NCBI GenBank assembly: GCA_964414205.1
Contig: CAYPVP010000004.1
Coordinates: forward strand, 1 to 47,083
DNA length: 47,083 bases
Source: an uncultured Bacteroidaceae bacterium
Lineage (GTDB): Bacteria; Bacillota; Clostridia; Christensenellales; CAG-917
Reading direction: 5' to 3'
The notes beneath the pieces are model-generated. The model saw only the letters and a program-made list of their open reading frames with translations. It was not told the origin of the DNA and did not search any database. The position numbers and the translations under genes were made by a program. Shown here piece after piece: positions 30,451 through 39,131 of this stretch (positions are counted from its first letter, which is position 1; each line of letters begins with the position of its first letter).

Positions 30451-31102
30451 AAATTGCAAAGTTGAAATTGAAGATTCTTCAAGAGTTTGCCCTTTGTGTC
30501 ATGCTCCACTTGATGGCAAAGATGAAATTTTCCCAGTTGTGAAACGCACCAAAAGAAAACAAATCATAACTTTCTCTCAAATTTTTTGGGTTGTTGCCTT
30601 GATGGCAATCATTCCTTGTTTGGCAGTCAATTTTGCTTTGAAACAAGAAGTTTTGTGGAGCGTTGCAATTGTTGGCGTCTTCATCTATTTGTATGTTCTG
30701 ATTGCAATGACCTTTTTCAGCAAAAGCCATGTTGCAACAAAGATTTTGATTTTGACGCTTGCATTGGCAATTCTTACGGGGTGTTTGCAAGGGCTGACTC
30801 CAACTGTGACTTGGGCTGCAAACTATGCTGTTCCAATTGTTATTATGGTTGGTGCAATTCAACTTGGAATTGCAAGCATTGTGTCAAAAAAAACAGGCAA
30901 TTTTTTGTTTTCATTGTTTTTTGTGTCATTGTCAGGCTTGATTCCAATCATCTATACTCTTGCAGGAAAAGAACCAATGCTCATTCCAAGCATTGTCTGT
31001 GCGAGCGTTTGTGGCTTTGAATTGCTTGTTTTGTTGATTTGGGGACTAACAGGTGGAAAAGAAATTATTTTGTCAGAAATAAAAAGAAAATTTAATGCCT
31101 AG
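30440..31102 (+). CDS. Zinc-ribbon membrane protein (DUF6320-like)
   Basis: MFCKNC..CPLC, about 6 TM segments, C-terminal EIKRKF; overlaps the acyltransferase. Confidence 0.8.
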   Translation: MFCKNCKVEIEDSSRVCPLCHAPLDGKDEIFPVVKRTKRKQIITFSQIFWVVALMAIIPCLAVNFALKQEVLWSVAIVGVFIYLYVLIAMTFFSKSHVATKILILTLALAILTGCLQGLTPTVTWAANYAVPIVIMVGAIQLGIASIVSKKTGNFLFSLFFVSLSGLIPIIYTLAGKEPMLIPSIVCASVCGFELLVLLIWGLTGGKEIILSEIKRKFNA

Positions 31103-31228
31103 TTTTTGATTGAAATGATTGATAAGAACGAAAAATTGTATATAATGTTATTGAAAAAATCAAAATTTAGAAAACGCTTTGTTTTCAATCAACATACATG
31201 CACGGCAAATGCCATGTAAGGAGAAAAA

Positions 31229-33013
31229 ATGAATAAATTGACATCAGAAGAATTGCGCAAAGTTTGGCTAGATTTTTTTGCTCAAAGAGGACATAGTGTA
31301 ATTCAAACTGCTTCACTAATTCCAGAAAACGACCCAACAGTTTTGTTTACAACTGCTGGTATGCACCCACTTGTGCCATATTTGCTTGGTGAAAAACACC
31401 CACAAGGAACAAGATTGACTGATGTTCAAATCTGTGTTAGAACGGGTGACATTGATGAAGTTGGAGATTCTTCGCACTGCACTTTTTTTGAAATGCTTGG
31501 CAACTGGTCACTTGGTGACTATTTCAAACAAGACATGATTCCTTGGAGTTTTGAACTTTTGACAAAAGTGCTTGGAATTCCTGTTGAAAAATTGGCAGTC
31601 AGCGTTTTTGCAGGAGATGAAAATGCTCCAAGAGATGATGAAAGTGCAAATCTTTGGAACAATTGTGGAATTCCTCGTGACAAAATATTTTTCTTGCCAA
31701 AGAAAAACAACTGGTGGGGACCTGCTGGGGTCACAGGACCTTGTGGGCCTGACACAGAGATGTTTATTGACACAGGAAAACCTGCTTGCTCTGATGAGTG
31801 TTCACCTGCATGTGATTGTGGAAAATATTTGGAAATTTGGAACGATGTTTTCATGCAATATTTCAAAAATGCTGATGGAAAATTTGAAACCATGCAAAAG
31901 AAAAATGTCGACACAGGCATGGGTCTTGAAAGAACATTGTGCATTTTGAATGGCTACAAATCTGTCTATGAAACTGATTTGTTCAGTTTTGCAATTCAAA
32001 AAATCGAAGAATTGTCTGGCGAAAAATATGGTGACAATCAAGAAATCACTGTTGCCATGAGAATTGTTGCCGACCACATTCGCACAGCAACATTTATGCT
32101 TGGTGACGTCAACGGAATTGTTCCTTCAAACGTTGACCAAGGCTATGTTTTGCGTCGTTTGATTCGCCGTGCTGTTCGTTTTGCTCGCAAATTGAACTTG
32201 CCTGAAAACGCTTTGGAAGAACTTGCAAAACTATATATTCAAAAATATAGTTCAGTCTATCAATTCATTGCAGACAATTCAGAAAAAATCATTTCAGAAT
32301 TGAAAGCAGAAGAAGAAAAGTTTTCAAAAACCCTGGAACAAGGTTTGAAAGAATTTGAAAAAGTAATTTCACACATTCAAACAAAAACTGTGCCAGGAAA
32401 AACTGCTTTCCGTTTGTATGACACATTTGGATTTCCTGTTGAAATCACAACAGAACTTGCAAAAGAAAAAGGATTTGATGTTGATTTGGAAGGCTATGAA
32501 GTGGCATTTCAAAAACACCAAGAACTTTCAAAAGCAGGCGCTGAACAAAAGTTTAAAGGTGGACTTGCAGATTCAACCGAAGCAACAGCACATTTGCACA
32601 CAGCAACACACTTGCTCGCACAATCTTTGAGAGAAGTTTTGAATGACCCAACAATCATGCAAAAAGGAAGCAATATCACGGCTGAAAGATTGCGTTTTGA
32701 CTTCAATTTTGCAAGACCACTTTCAAAAGAAGAAGTTGAAAAAGTTGAAGCAAGAGTGAATGAAGAAATTGCCAAAAGCATTGCTGTCATTTGCGAAGAA
32801 AAAACTGTTGATGAAGCAAAAGAAGAAGGTGCAATTGGTGTTTTTGCCTCAAAATATGGCGAAAAAGTCAAAGTTTATACAATTGGATTTTCAAAAGAAA
32901 TTTGTGGAGGCCCTCATGCTGAAAACACAGCAGACCTTGGCAAATTCAAAATTGTCAAAGAACAAAGTTCATCTGCTGGCATAAGAAGAATCAAAGCAAT
33001 TTTGGAAAAATGA
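31229..33013 (+). CDS. alaS: Alanine--tRNA ligase, compact 594-aa form
   Basis: LFTTAGM, FFEMLGNWS, DTGMGLER, LYDTFGFP, HTATHLL, CGGPH. Confidence 0.97.
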   Translation: MNKLTSEELRKVWLDFFAQRGHSVIQTASLIPENDPTVLFTTAGMHPLVPYLLGEKHPQGTRLTDVQICVRTGDIDEVGDSSHCTFFEMLGNWSLGDYFKQDMIPWSFELLTKVLGIPVEKLAVSVFAGDENAPRDDESANLWNNCGIPRDKIFFLPKKNNWWGPAGVTGPCGPDTEMFIDTGKPACSDECSPACDCGKYLEIWNDVFMQYFKNADGKFETMQKKNVDTGMGLERTLCILNGYKSVYETDLFSFAIQKIEELSGEKYGDNQEITVAMRIVADHIRTATFMLGDVNGIVPSNVDQGYVLRRLIRRAVRFARKLNLPENALEELAKLYIQKYSSVYQFIADNSEKIISELKAEEEKFSKTLEQGLKEFEKVISHIQTKTVPGKTAFRLYDTFGFPVEITTELAKEKGFDVDLEGYEVAFQKHQELSKAGAEQKFKGGLADSTEATAHLHTATHLLAQSLREVLNDPTIMQKGSNITAERLRFDFNFARPLSKEEVEKVEARVNEEIAKSIAVICEEKTVDEAKEEGAIGVFASKYGEKVKVYTIGFSKEICGGPHAENTADLGKFKIVKEQSSSAGIRRIKAILEK

Positions 33014-33085
33014 TTGCGTATAATGATTTGAAGATTGAAAATTTTTGCAGTTGATGTTGAAAAAATATAATAAAAGAAGGACTAC

Positions 33086-33880
33086 ATGAAAGTTGATTCT
33101 CACACACATTCAAAATTTTCGCCAGATGGCCGTGAAGAAATTCAAACAATGGTGAACAATGCCTTGTCGAATGGCGCAGAATATTTGGCAATCACTGACC
33201 ACTGCGACAAAGATGTTTTGCAAGAAGGAAACAACCCTCCTGAACCATGGTCACAACTCGATTTGGACGCCTATTATGCCGAATTTTTGAGAGTTAAACA
33301 AAACAACACCAACAGCCTATATCTTGCTTTTGGCATTGAAACAGGCTATGATAAGCGTGCAAGCAAGGACTATGAGAAGGTCATTGCAAAATATCCATTT
33401 GATGTCATCATCAATTCGGTGCACTTTGTTGATGGCTGGGATGTTTATTTTCCTCCATTTTTTGAAGGCAGAACAAAACAAAAGGCATATTTGTCATATT
33501 TGAACAATGTTTTTGAGAGTCTTTCTGCTCCCTATGATTTTGACATTGTTGGGCACATTGGATATTGTGTCAGAAACGCTCCCTATCAAGACCCTGTCAT
33601 GCACTATGAAGAAAACAAAGAAATCATTGACAAAATTTTGAAGAAAGTGATTGCATTGGACAAAGCATTGGAAGTCAACACACACGCCAAAATGGCACCG
33701 AATGTTGAAATTTTGCAAAGATATTTTGAACTTGGTGGAAGAAAAATTTCATTTGGTTCAGACGCACATCGTGGAGATGTTTTGAAAGACTATGATGAAG
33801 TTTCAAAACTGCTGAAAGAAATTGGATTTACGCATTTTTCAATATTCAAGCAAAGAAAAGAAGAAAAAGTAGAAATTTAG
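33086..33880 (+). CDS. PHP-family histidinol-phosphatase (HisJ-like)
   Basis: DSHTH, TDH, SVH, GSDAH. Confidence 0.88.
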   Translation: MKVDSHTHSKFSPDGREEIQTMVNNALSNGAEYLAITDHCDKDVLQEGNNPPEPWSQLDLDAYYAEFLRVKQNNTNSLYLAFGIETGYDKRASKDYEKVIAKYPFDVIINSVHFVDGWDVYFPPFFEGRTKQKAYLSYLNNVFESLSAPYDFDIVGHIGYCVRNAPYQDPVMHYEENKEIIDKILKKVIALDKALEVNTHAKMAPNVEILQRYFELGGRKISFGSDAHRGDVLKDYDEVSKLLKEIGFTHFSIFKQRKEEKVEI

Positions 33881-34500
33881 ATGGTCAAAATATAGTTTGA
33901 AAAAACTGTTGGACAATGATGTGCTTTTGGTTTTGCATTTGAAAGTCAATTTGTCAATGATAAAAGAATAGAAGCAAAAAAGTCTAAAAGCAAAAAGATA
34001 TAAAACAAAAATCAACAAATTGCAAAGCAAAAAATAACAAGTCAAAAAGTCAACAAATAGAAAAGCGATTTGTAAAAGCAACAGAAAAGCAACAAATACG
34101 AAAAGCAAAAATAAGCAAAAAAACATTGGAAACAATGTTTTTTTGTATAGTTGCTTAATAGCACATTTAAAATAAATGTTATAAAAAGAACCATATGACA
34201 AAAATTTAAGCAATCAAATGAAAAATAGAAATGTGTAATCATAAAGTTTTTGTTAAAAAATGTAAGCAAATAATGATGAATGGCTTTGTATATAAGGTGA
34301 TGTTGTGGTGATAATCAAAGAAAAACAAAAGACAAACAAGTTCTAAACAAAACAATGTTATAATTCTAAAAAGAACTACATAAAAAATGAACAATGCATA
34401 AACAATGAATAGACTAGGCATATGAAAATGTAAAGATAGAATTATGCAAAAAAATCAATATGCAAAGTAAGTGGAAAACTGTTGCGAAACAGCAAAAAGC

Positions 34501-34663
34501 GAAACACCAATGTAGTGATAAACAATGGCGAAAGACCAAAAAAGTTGAAACACCAATGTTGTGAAAGAACAAAATAGTGAGACACCAATGTAGTGATAAA
34601 CAATGGCGAAAGACCAAAAAAGTTGAAACACCAATGTTGTGAAAGAACAAAATAGTGAGACAC
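34501..34663. repeat. 78-bp tandem duplication built from an 18-bp core
   Basis: 34504-34581 is identical to 34582-34659; core GARACACCAATGTWGTGA at 34501, 34547, 34579 and 34625. Confidence 0.95.
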
Positions 34664-34704
34664 TCAAAATATAAAATTTATAAAAACAAATTTGAAAAAT
34701 GCGA

Positions 34705-34743
34705 TTAAAAAACAATGGTCATTTTAATGCCATTGTTTTTTAA
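34705..34743. terminator. Bidirectional hairpin in a convergent intergenic region
   Basis: TTAAAAAACAATGG ... CCATTGTTTTTTAA. Confidence 0.6.
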
Positions 34744-34829
34744 ATTACTGTAAAATTGTTGGGAACTAGCAATATAATTTAATGCGAAATAGTTAAAAAT
34801 TGAATACCATTGTTTTTTTGTTAACTGAA

Positions 34830-34890
34830 AACAAGCAACACAACAGTTACACAACAGTTACACAACAAGCAACACAACAAGTAACACAAC
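34830..34890. repeat. 11-12 bp minisatellite, about 5 copies
   Basis: AACAAGCAACAC, AACAGTTACAC x2, AACAAGCAACAC, AACAAGTAACAC. Confidence 0.85.
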
Positions 34891-34951
34891 TAGAAATAAA
34901 ACTTGCAACAAATTTTATAAAATTGCTACAACTTTTTTGATTTGCAATAGG

Positions 34952-36160
34952 TTATTTTTCAACAAACATTTTCATCAAATCAGGTGCATAGTCAATTTTT
35001 GTTGTTGAAAATGCTGCGCCATTTTCTGTGAAAACACCACCATCACCCAATTTTTTGTCGTTTTGCCACATCAAAAATGGAACAGGGGTTCTGTCATGTG
35101 TGAGAGTTGTCAATGGTGTGTAGTGGTCAGGCATCACCAAAACTCGCAATGATTCTCCATTTTGTGTCATATGTTGAACAATTGGTTTCAAAATTTTGCT
35201 GTCAATCAATTCGATTGCTTTCACTTTGCCATGAACATCGCCTTGGTGTCCACACTCATCAGGGGCTTCAAGGTGAACAAAAACAAAATCTTGACCTTTT
35301 TCAAATTCGTTTATGGCTGCTTGGGCTTTTCCATCAAAGTTTGTGCGAACTGTTCCAGTTGCACCTTCAACATCGATTGAACTCATTCCTGCACCGATTG
35401 CAATGCCTTTCAAAAGGTCAACAGCAGAAATCATTGAGCCGTTCAAGTTTCTGTAATCGTGGAAATTTTGAAGTTGAGGTTTTGTGCCTTCTCCCCAAAG
35501 CCAAATTGAGTTGGCAGGTCGTTTTCCATTTTTGATTCGTTGTTGATTTACAAGATGATTTGAAAGAATTTGTTGAGCCTCTTTGTAAAGTTCGACAAAA
35601 CGCTCTCCATTTATGCCTTGTGGCAGATATTTTGCAATTTTTTGTTTTGAAATGTCATGAGGTGGTGTGAGTTCAGTGCCGACTTTGCTGTTTTTCAGAA
35701 CCAAACAATGACGATAACTTATGCCATTGTAAAAATGCAAAAGTTCATTGCCTAAATTTTCTTGTAATGATTCAATCAGTTGTTTTGATTCGGCTGTGGA
35801 AATTTCTCCTGCTGAATAGTCTATCATTGTTTTTTCTTCAAATGGCTCATCATCAGAAAGTGTCACCAAATTGCATCTGATGGCAATGTCTGAATCTGAC
35901 AAATCAATTCCAAGTGAAAGTGCTTCCAAAGGACTACGCCCTGTATAGCATTTTTCAGCATCATATCCAAGTGCTGACAAATTGGCAGTGTCGCTTCCTG
36001 GTTTCAAAGAATCGGGGACAGTTTTGACTGTTCCGATGATTGCAGTTTCGCTCATTTTGTCCATGGTTGGTTTTGAAGCAACAGCCATTGAAGTTTTTCC
36101 ATCCAATTCAGGAACTGGAAAATCTGCCATTCCGTCGCATAATACGAGAAGATATTTCAT
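34952..36160 (-). CDS. apgM: Cofactor-independent phosphoglycerate mutase, ApgM family
   Basis: DGMAD, PGSDTANL, YTGRSPLEA, HLEAPDECGH, PDHYTP. Confidence 0.92.
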   Translation of the reverse strand: MKYLLVLCDGMADFPVPELDGKTSMAVASKPTMDKMSETAIIGTVKTVPDSLKPGSDTANLSALGYDAEKCYTGRSPLEALSLGIDLSDSDIAIRCNLVTLSDDEPFEEKTMIDYSAGEISTAESKQLIESLQENLGNELLHFYNGISYRHCLVLKNSKVGTELTPPHDISKQKIAKYLPQGINGERFVELYKEAQQILSNHLVNQQRIKNGKRPANSIWLWGEGTKPQLQNFHDYRNLNGSMISAVDLLKGIAIGAGMSSIDVEGATGTVRTNFDGKAQAAINEFEKGQDFVFVHLEAPDECGHQGDVHGKVKAIELIDSKILKPIVQHMTQNGESLRVLVMPDHYTPLTTLTHDRTPVPFLMWQNDKKLGDGGVFTENGAAFSTTKIDYAPDLMKMFVEK

Positions 36161-36650
36161 AATGCACCTACAAATTTTCTATGATGTCATTTTATGGCAA
36201 AACAAAGAAAATGTCAAACCAATCAGGCAAGTCTTATGACGAGGAAAAAATCTAAAAAAGTATAAAAGTATAAGATAAAGTTTTGGTGAAAGCATTTGAT
36301 TGCTTTTTGCACGCAATAAAATTTCTTGCCTTTTGAATTATACTAATTGTGATTTAAACTGATTGGTATTGTGGTTTAGATTGATTGTGAACACAAAGTT
36401 CAATTTTGCGATTCATTGAAAACAAAAATATGAAAACTTATTTTAATTGATAATCATTTGGAACACGAATCGACAATGATTTAGAACACAAATTTGCACA
36501 ATATATAAATGATGTGTTGAAAATTCAAACTAAAATAGTGCCTTAAAACACAATTTTTCAAAATCTAAAATTATTTATACCAAAAATGAATTTGAACGAA
36601 AATGGACACAAAAAACATTAGATTTGAAAAAATGCAATTTAAAAGTTCAT

Positions 36651-37550
36651 TCAAAACAAAATCCAATTTCCAGGAGTCACCAAAACAAAACTAAGAAATG
36701 CAAAAAACAAAGATATTAGTCCTAGATGTAGAAGATAGATGACAAGAGCATGCTTTCCTACAAACTTTATTGGTGCAAAAATCTTGTTTTGAAAAAGCGA
36801 ACAAACAGGTTTTTGTTTTTGATACAGAATTTGCGAAACGGCAACTCCAAAAAAGAAAAACCCTGCATAAGGAATTATCGGAAAAAAATCACCAGGAGAA
36901 ACTATGCTTTGCGAAACAAAACTGTCTGCTGGAAAAAATATGAACAATGGAAGGGGTGTGTTTTTTGGTGGAACATAAAACATATAGAGTCCTGCAACGA
37001 CAAGTGTCAGCCCCCCAAAAAACGAACATAGAAACAATCTTTTTGAAAAAGCACTCTTGCACAACTTGTTTGCAATTTCTTCAATGAAAGTGTGAAAAAG
37101 CATGCAAACTGCCAAACAATGAAGCACGCCAAAAGTAACCAAAGTTCCAGAAACATTCATGCTGTTTTCGATGTAGAGTGTTGCGAAAGAAAAAATAGTT
37201 GCAATCAGAATCAGAATGTTTGCCCGTTTTGTCTTGTTGTGCGAAAATTTGCCACTGATTCCTGAAACGGAAAAGAAAATGAACACAGCAACAAAGTGTC
37301 CTTGGATTCGCAATTCGGAATGCCAATATGAAAACGAAGCATTGTAAAAGTCGGCAAAAAAATTGAGTTTTGTGCCAACAGTTTGGGCAAACCATTGTGG
37401 CCCAAAAACCGTCATGACCAAATAGAAAATGTGGTCAAGAACCATCAACAAAACACAAAAGCCTCGCAAAAAATCTATTTCACCAATGCGATTTTTTTGT
37501 AGGTTTGGTTCAAGAAATTCAATTGTGTCATCAAAAAAAGTTGTTTTCAT
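36651..37550 (-). CDS. DUF1624/HGSNAT-like membrane acyltransferase
   Basis: RIGEIDFLRG..LMVLDH, FGVLH, DFFPIIPY, GKHALVIYLLH; start codon uncertain (37550 or 37589). Confidence 0.82.
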   Translation of the reverse strand: MKTTFFDDTIEFLEPNLQKNRIGEIDFLRGFCVLLMVLDHIFYLVMTVFGPQWFAQTVGTKLNFFADFYNASFSYWHSELRIQGHFVAVFIFFSVSGISGKFSHNKTKRANILILIATIFSFATLYIENSMNVSGTLVTFGVLHCLAVCMLFHTFIEEIANKLCKSAFSKRLFLCSFFGGLTLVVAGLYMFYVPPKNTPLPLFIFFPADSFVSQSIVSPGDFFPIIPYAGFFFFGVAVSQILYQKQKPVCSLFQNKIFAPIKFVGKHALVIYLLHLGLISLFFAFLSFVLVTPGNWILF

Positions 37551-37803
37551 TGTTTTCAAAGTTTTTGTGTCGCTTGCAAAATTATGCAAATTATGTCTGT
37601 CACAAGACCAAATTTTTGTGGTTTGTCATGGCAAAACTGATGTATTCCCTTTTGTAGCCAAACTGCCGTAGCCAAACTGTAAAAAGGAGTTTGAGCAAAA
37701 AATGGTTGAACAAAACTATTGTTTCCAGATTGTTGTTGAGCATTCTTGCAAAGCATATTTTGAGAAATTATATCGTGAATGAGGGTCAAAGTCAATTTGA
37801 ATG

Positions 37804-37832
37804 TTGACAATGCAAAATTCAACGAATATCAT
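37804..37832 (+). promoter_or_regulatory. sigmaA promoter
   Basis: TTGACA-N17-TATCAT. Confidence 0.65.
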
Positions 37833-37854
37833 GAGATATTGTGTAGGAGAAATT

Positions 37855-38688
37855 ATGAATTTTGAAAATTACAAAAATTTTGGCAAATGTGCCGTCTTTG
37901 AAAAAAATGGAATTGTTGCAAGGGTGACAGTCGATGTTGGACCAAGAATAATCTATTATGGAACACATGATTTCAACTTTTTGTGTGAAGATGTTGACAG
38001 AAATGTTTGCAAAGATGGAGAATTTTTTGATTTGCACTATGGAAAATCATCAAAGTGGTTTTTGTATGGTGGACATAGGGTTTGGAAATCGAAAGAAGAT
38101 TTGGAAACATACACTGTTGACAACTCGCCCGTTGACGTTGTTGTTTGTGGACAAGAAGGTAGTTTCTTTTCGCCAGTCACGCCATTTGGTTTGCAATTTG
38201 GGTTTGATTTGAAAATGAACGATGATGGCAGTTTGAACATAAAAAATCGCATAAAAAACTATGAAAAAGCAAGAGAATTGTCGATTTGGTCCATCACTGT
38301 TTTGGCAAAAGGTGGCACATTGAACGCCACATTGAACAAAGCAGAAAGTGAATTTTTGCCAAAGCAAAATTATGTTTTTTGGGAATATTCAAATGTCAAT
38401 GATGAAAGGCTGAAAATTGATGAAGAAAAATTGATTTTGAAACAAACAAGCAAAGACAAACCATTCAAAATTGGAATGTTTTTGAATGAAAACAAAGTGT
38501 GCTATCACCTGAACGGAAAAACTTTGAATTTTGAATATCAGCAAAAAACAGGAACGTTTGGCGACTATGGTTGCAACTTTGAAAGTTATACAAATGAGCA
38601 TATTTTGGAAACAGAAAGTTTGGGAAACGTTGAAATTTTGCCACAAAATGGTGAAATCACACTAAATGAAAAATGGTTTATAAGTTGA
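37855..38688 (+). CDS. Hypothetical protein, galactose-mutarotase-like beta-sandwich (DUF4380-like)
   Basis: AGGAG RBS; GPRII and YGGHRVW motifs; C-terminal E.E..G...L..E.W. Confidence 0.7.
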   Translation: MNFENYKNFGKCAVFEKNGIVARVTVDVGPRIIYYGTHDFNFLCEDVDRNVCKDGEFFDLHYGKSSKWFLYGGHRVWKSKEDLETYTVDNSPVDVVVCGQEGSFFSPVTPFGLQFGFDLKMNDDGSLNIKNRIKNYEKARELSIWSITVLAKGGTLNATLNKAESEFLPKQNYVFWEYSNVNDERLKIDEEKLILKQTSKDKPFKIGMFLNENKVCYHLNGKTLNFEYQQKTGTFGDYGCNFESYTNEHILETESLGNVEILPQNGEITLNEKWFIS

Positions 38689-38783
38689 TTATAATAGACA
38701 ACTTGTTTATCAAAAACGCGAAAATTACTAAAAAATGAAAAATATTTAAAATTTTTTTTCAAAATTAAAAAATTTTTATTTGC

Positions 38784-38825
38784 AAAATCGGACAAAACAT
38801 GACAAGTTTTTGTTCGATTTTTTTT
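38784..38825 (+). terminator. Intrinsic terminator
   Basis: AAAATCGGACAAAA ... TTTTGTTCGATTTT followed by a T run. Confidence 0.6.
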
Positions 38826-39058
38826 ATATTTTTGCCCCAATGGAAAAGACACAAATATGCGAGAAACGCATTCTAAAAAATTGCAAATGCAAAAAATTGC
38901 TCAAAAGCATGTTTTGAAAATGAAAAAAACAGGCATTTTTGCAACGAATTTCTGATTTGCAAATCGTTTTCATCAAAATGGAAAAAAAAATAATTCAAAA
39001 ACCCTCAAATCGCTGGAAATCAATGCAAATTTTGGCATTTTGTTTTTTGAAAATCATG

Positions 39059-39087
39059 TTGACATTAGGGGGGCTATCAATTAGAAT
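39059..39087 (+). promoter_or_regulatory. sigmaA promoter of the giant lipoprotein gene, with a G6 tract in the spacer
   Basis: TTGACA-TTAGGGGGGCTATCAAT-TAGAAT (17-nt spacer). Confidence 0.75.
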
Positions 39088-39131
39088 TTACATGTATATT
39101 TTTTTATAACTACACGCGTAGGAGAGAGATT

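Noticed and set aside
34501-34663. CRISPR mini-array (contains GTTGAAAC)
   Set aside because: The core is only 18 bp and the intervening sequences (28 and 14 bp) are exact duplicates, so it is a tandem duplication.
33839-34715. Minus-strand Phe/Leu-rich ORFs
   Set aside because: They arise from A-rich low-complexity DNA and the 78-bp repeat, with no RBS or recognisable motif.
36388-36401. LexA (Cheo) box GAACACAAAGTTC
   Set aside because: The spacer is 5 nt rather than 4, and no SOS gene is adjacent.
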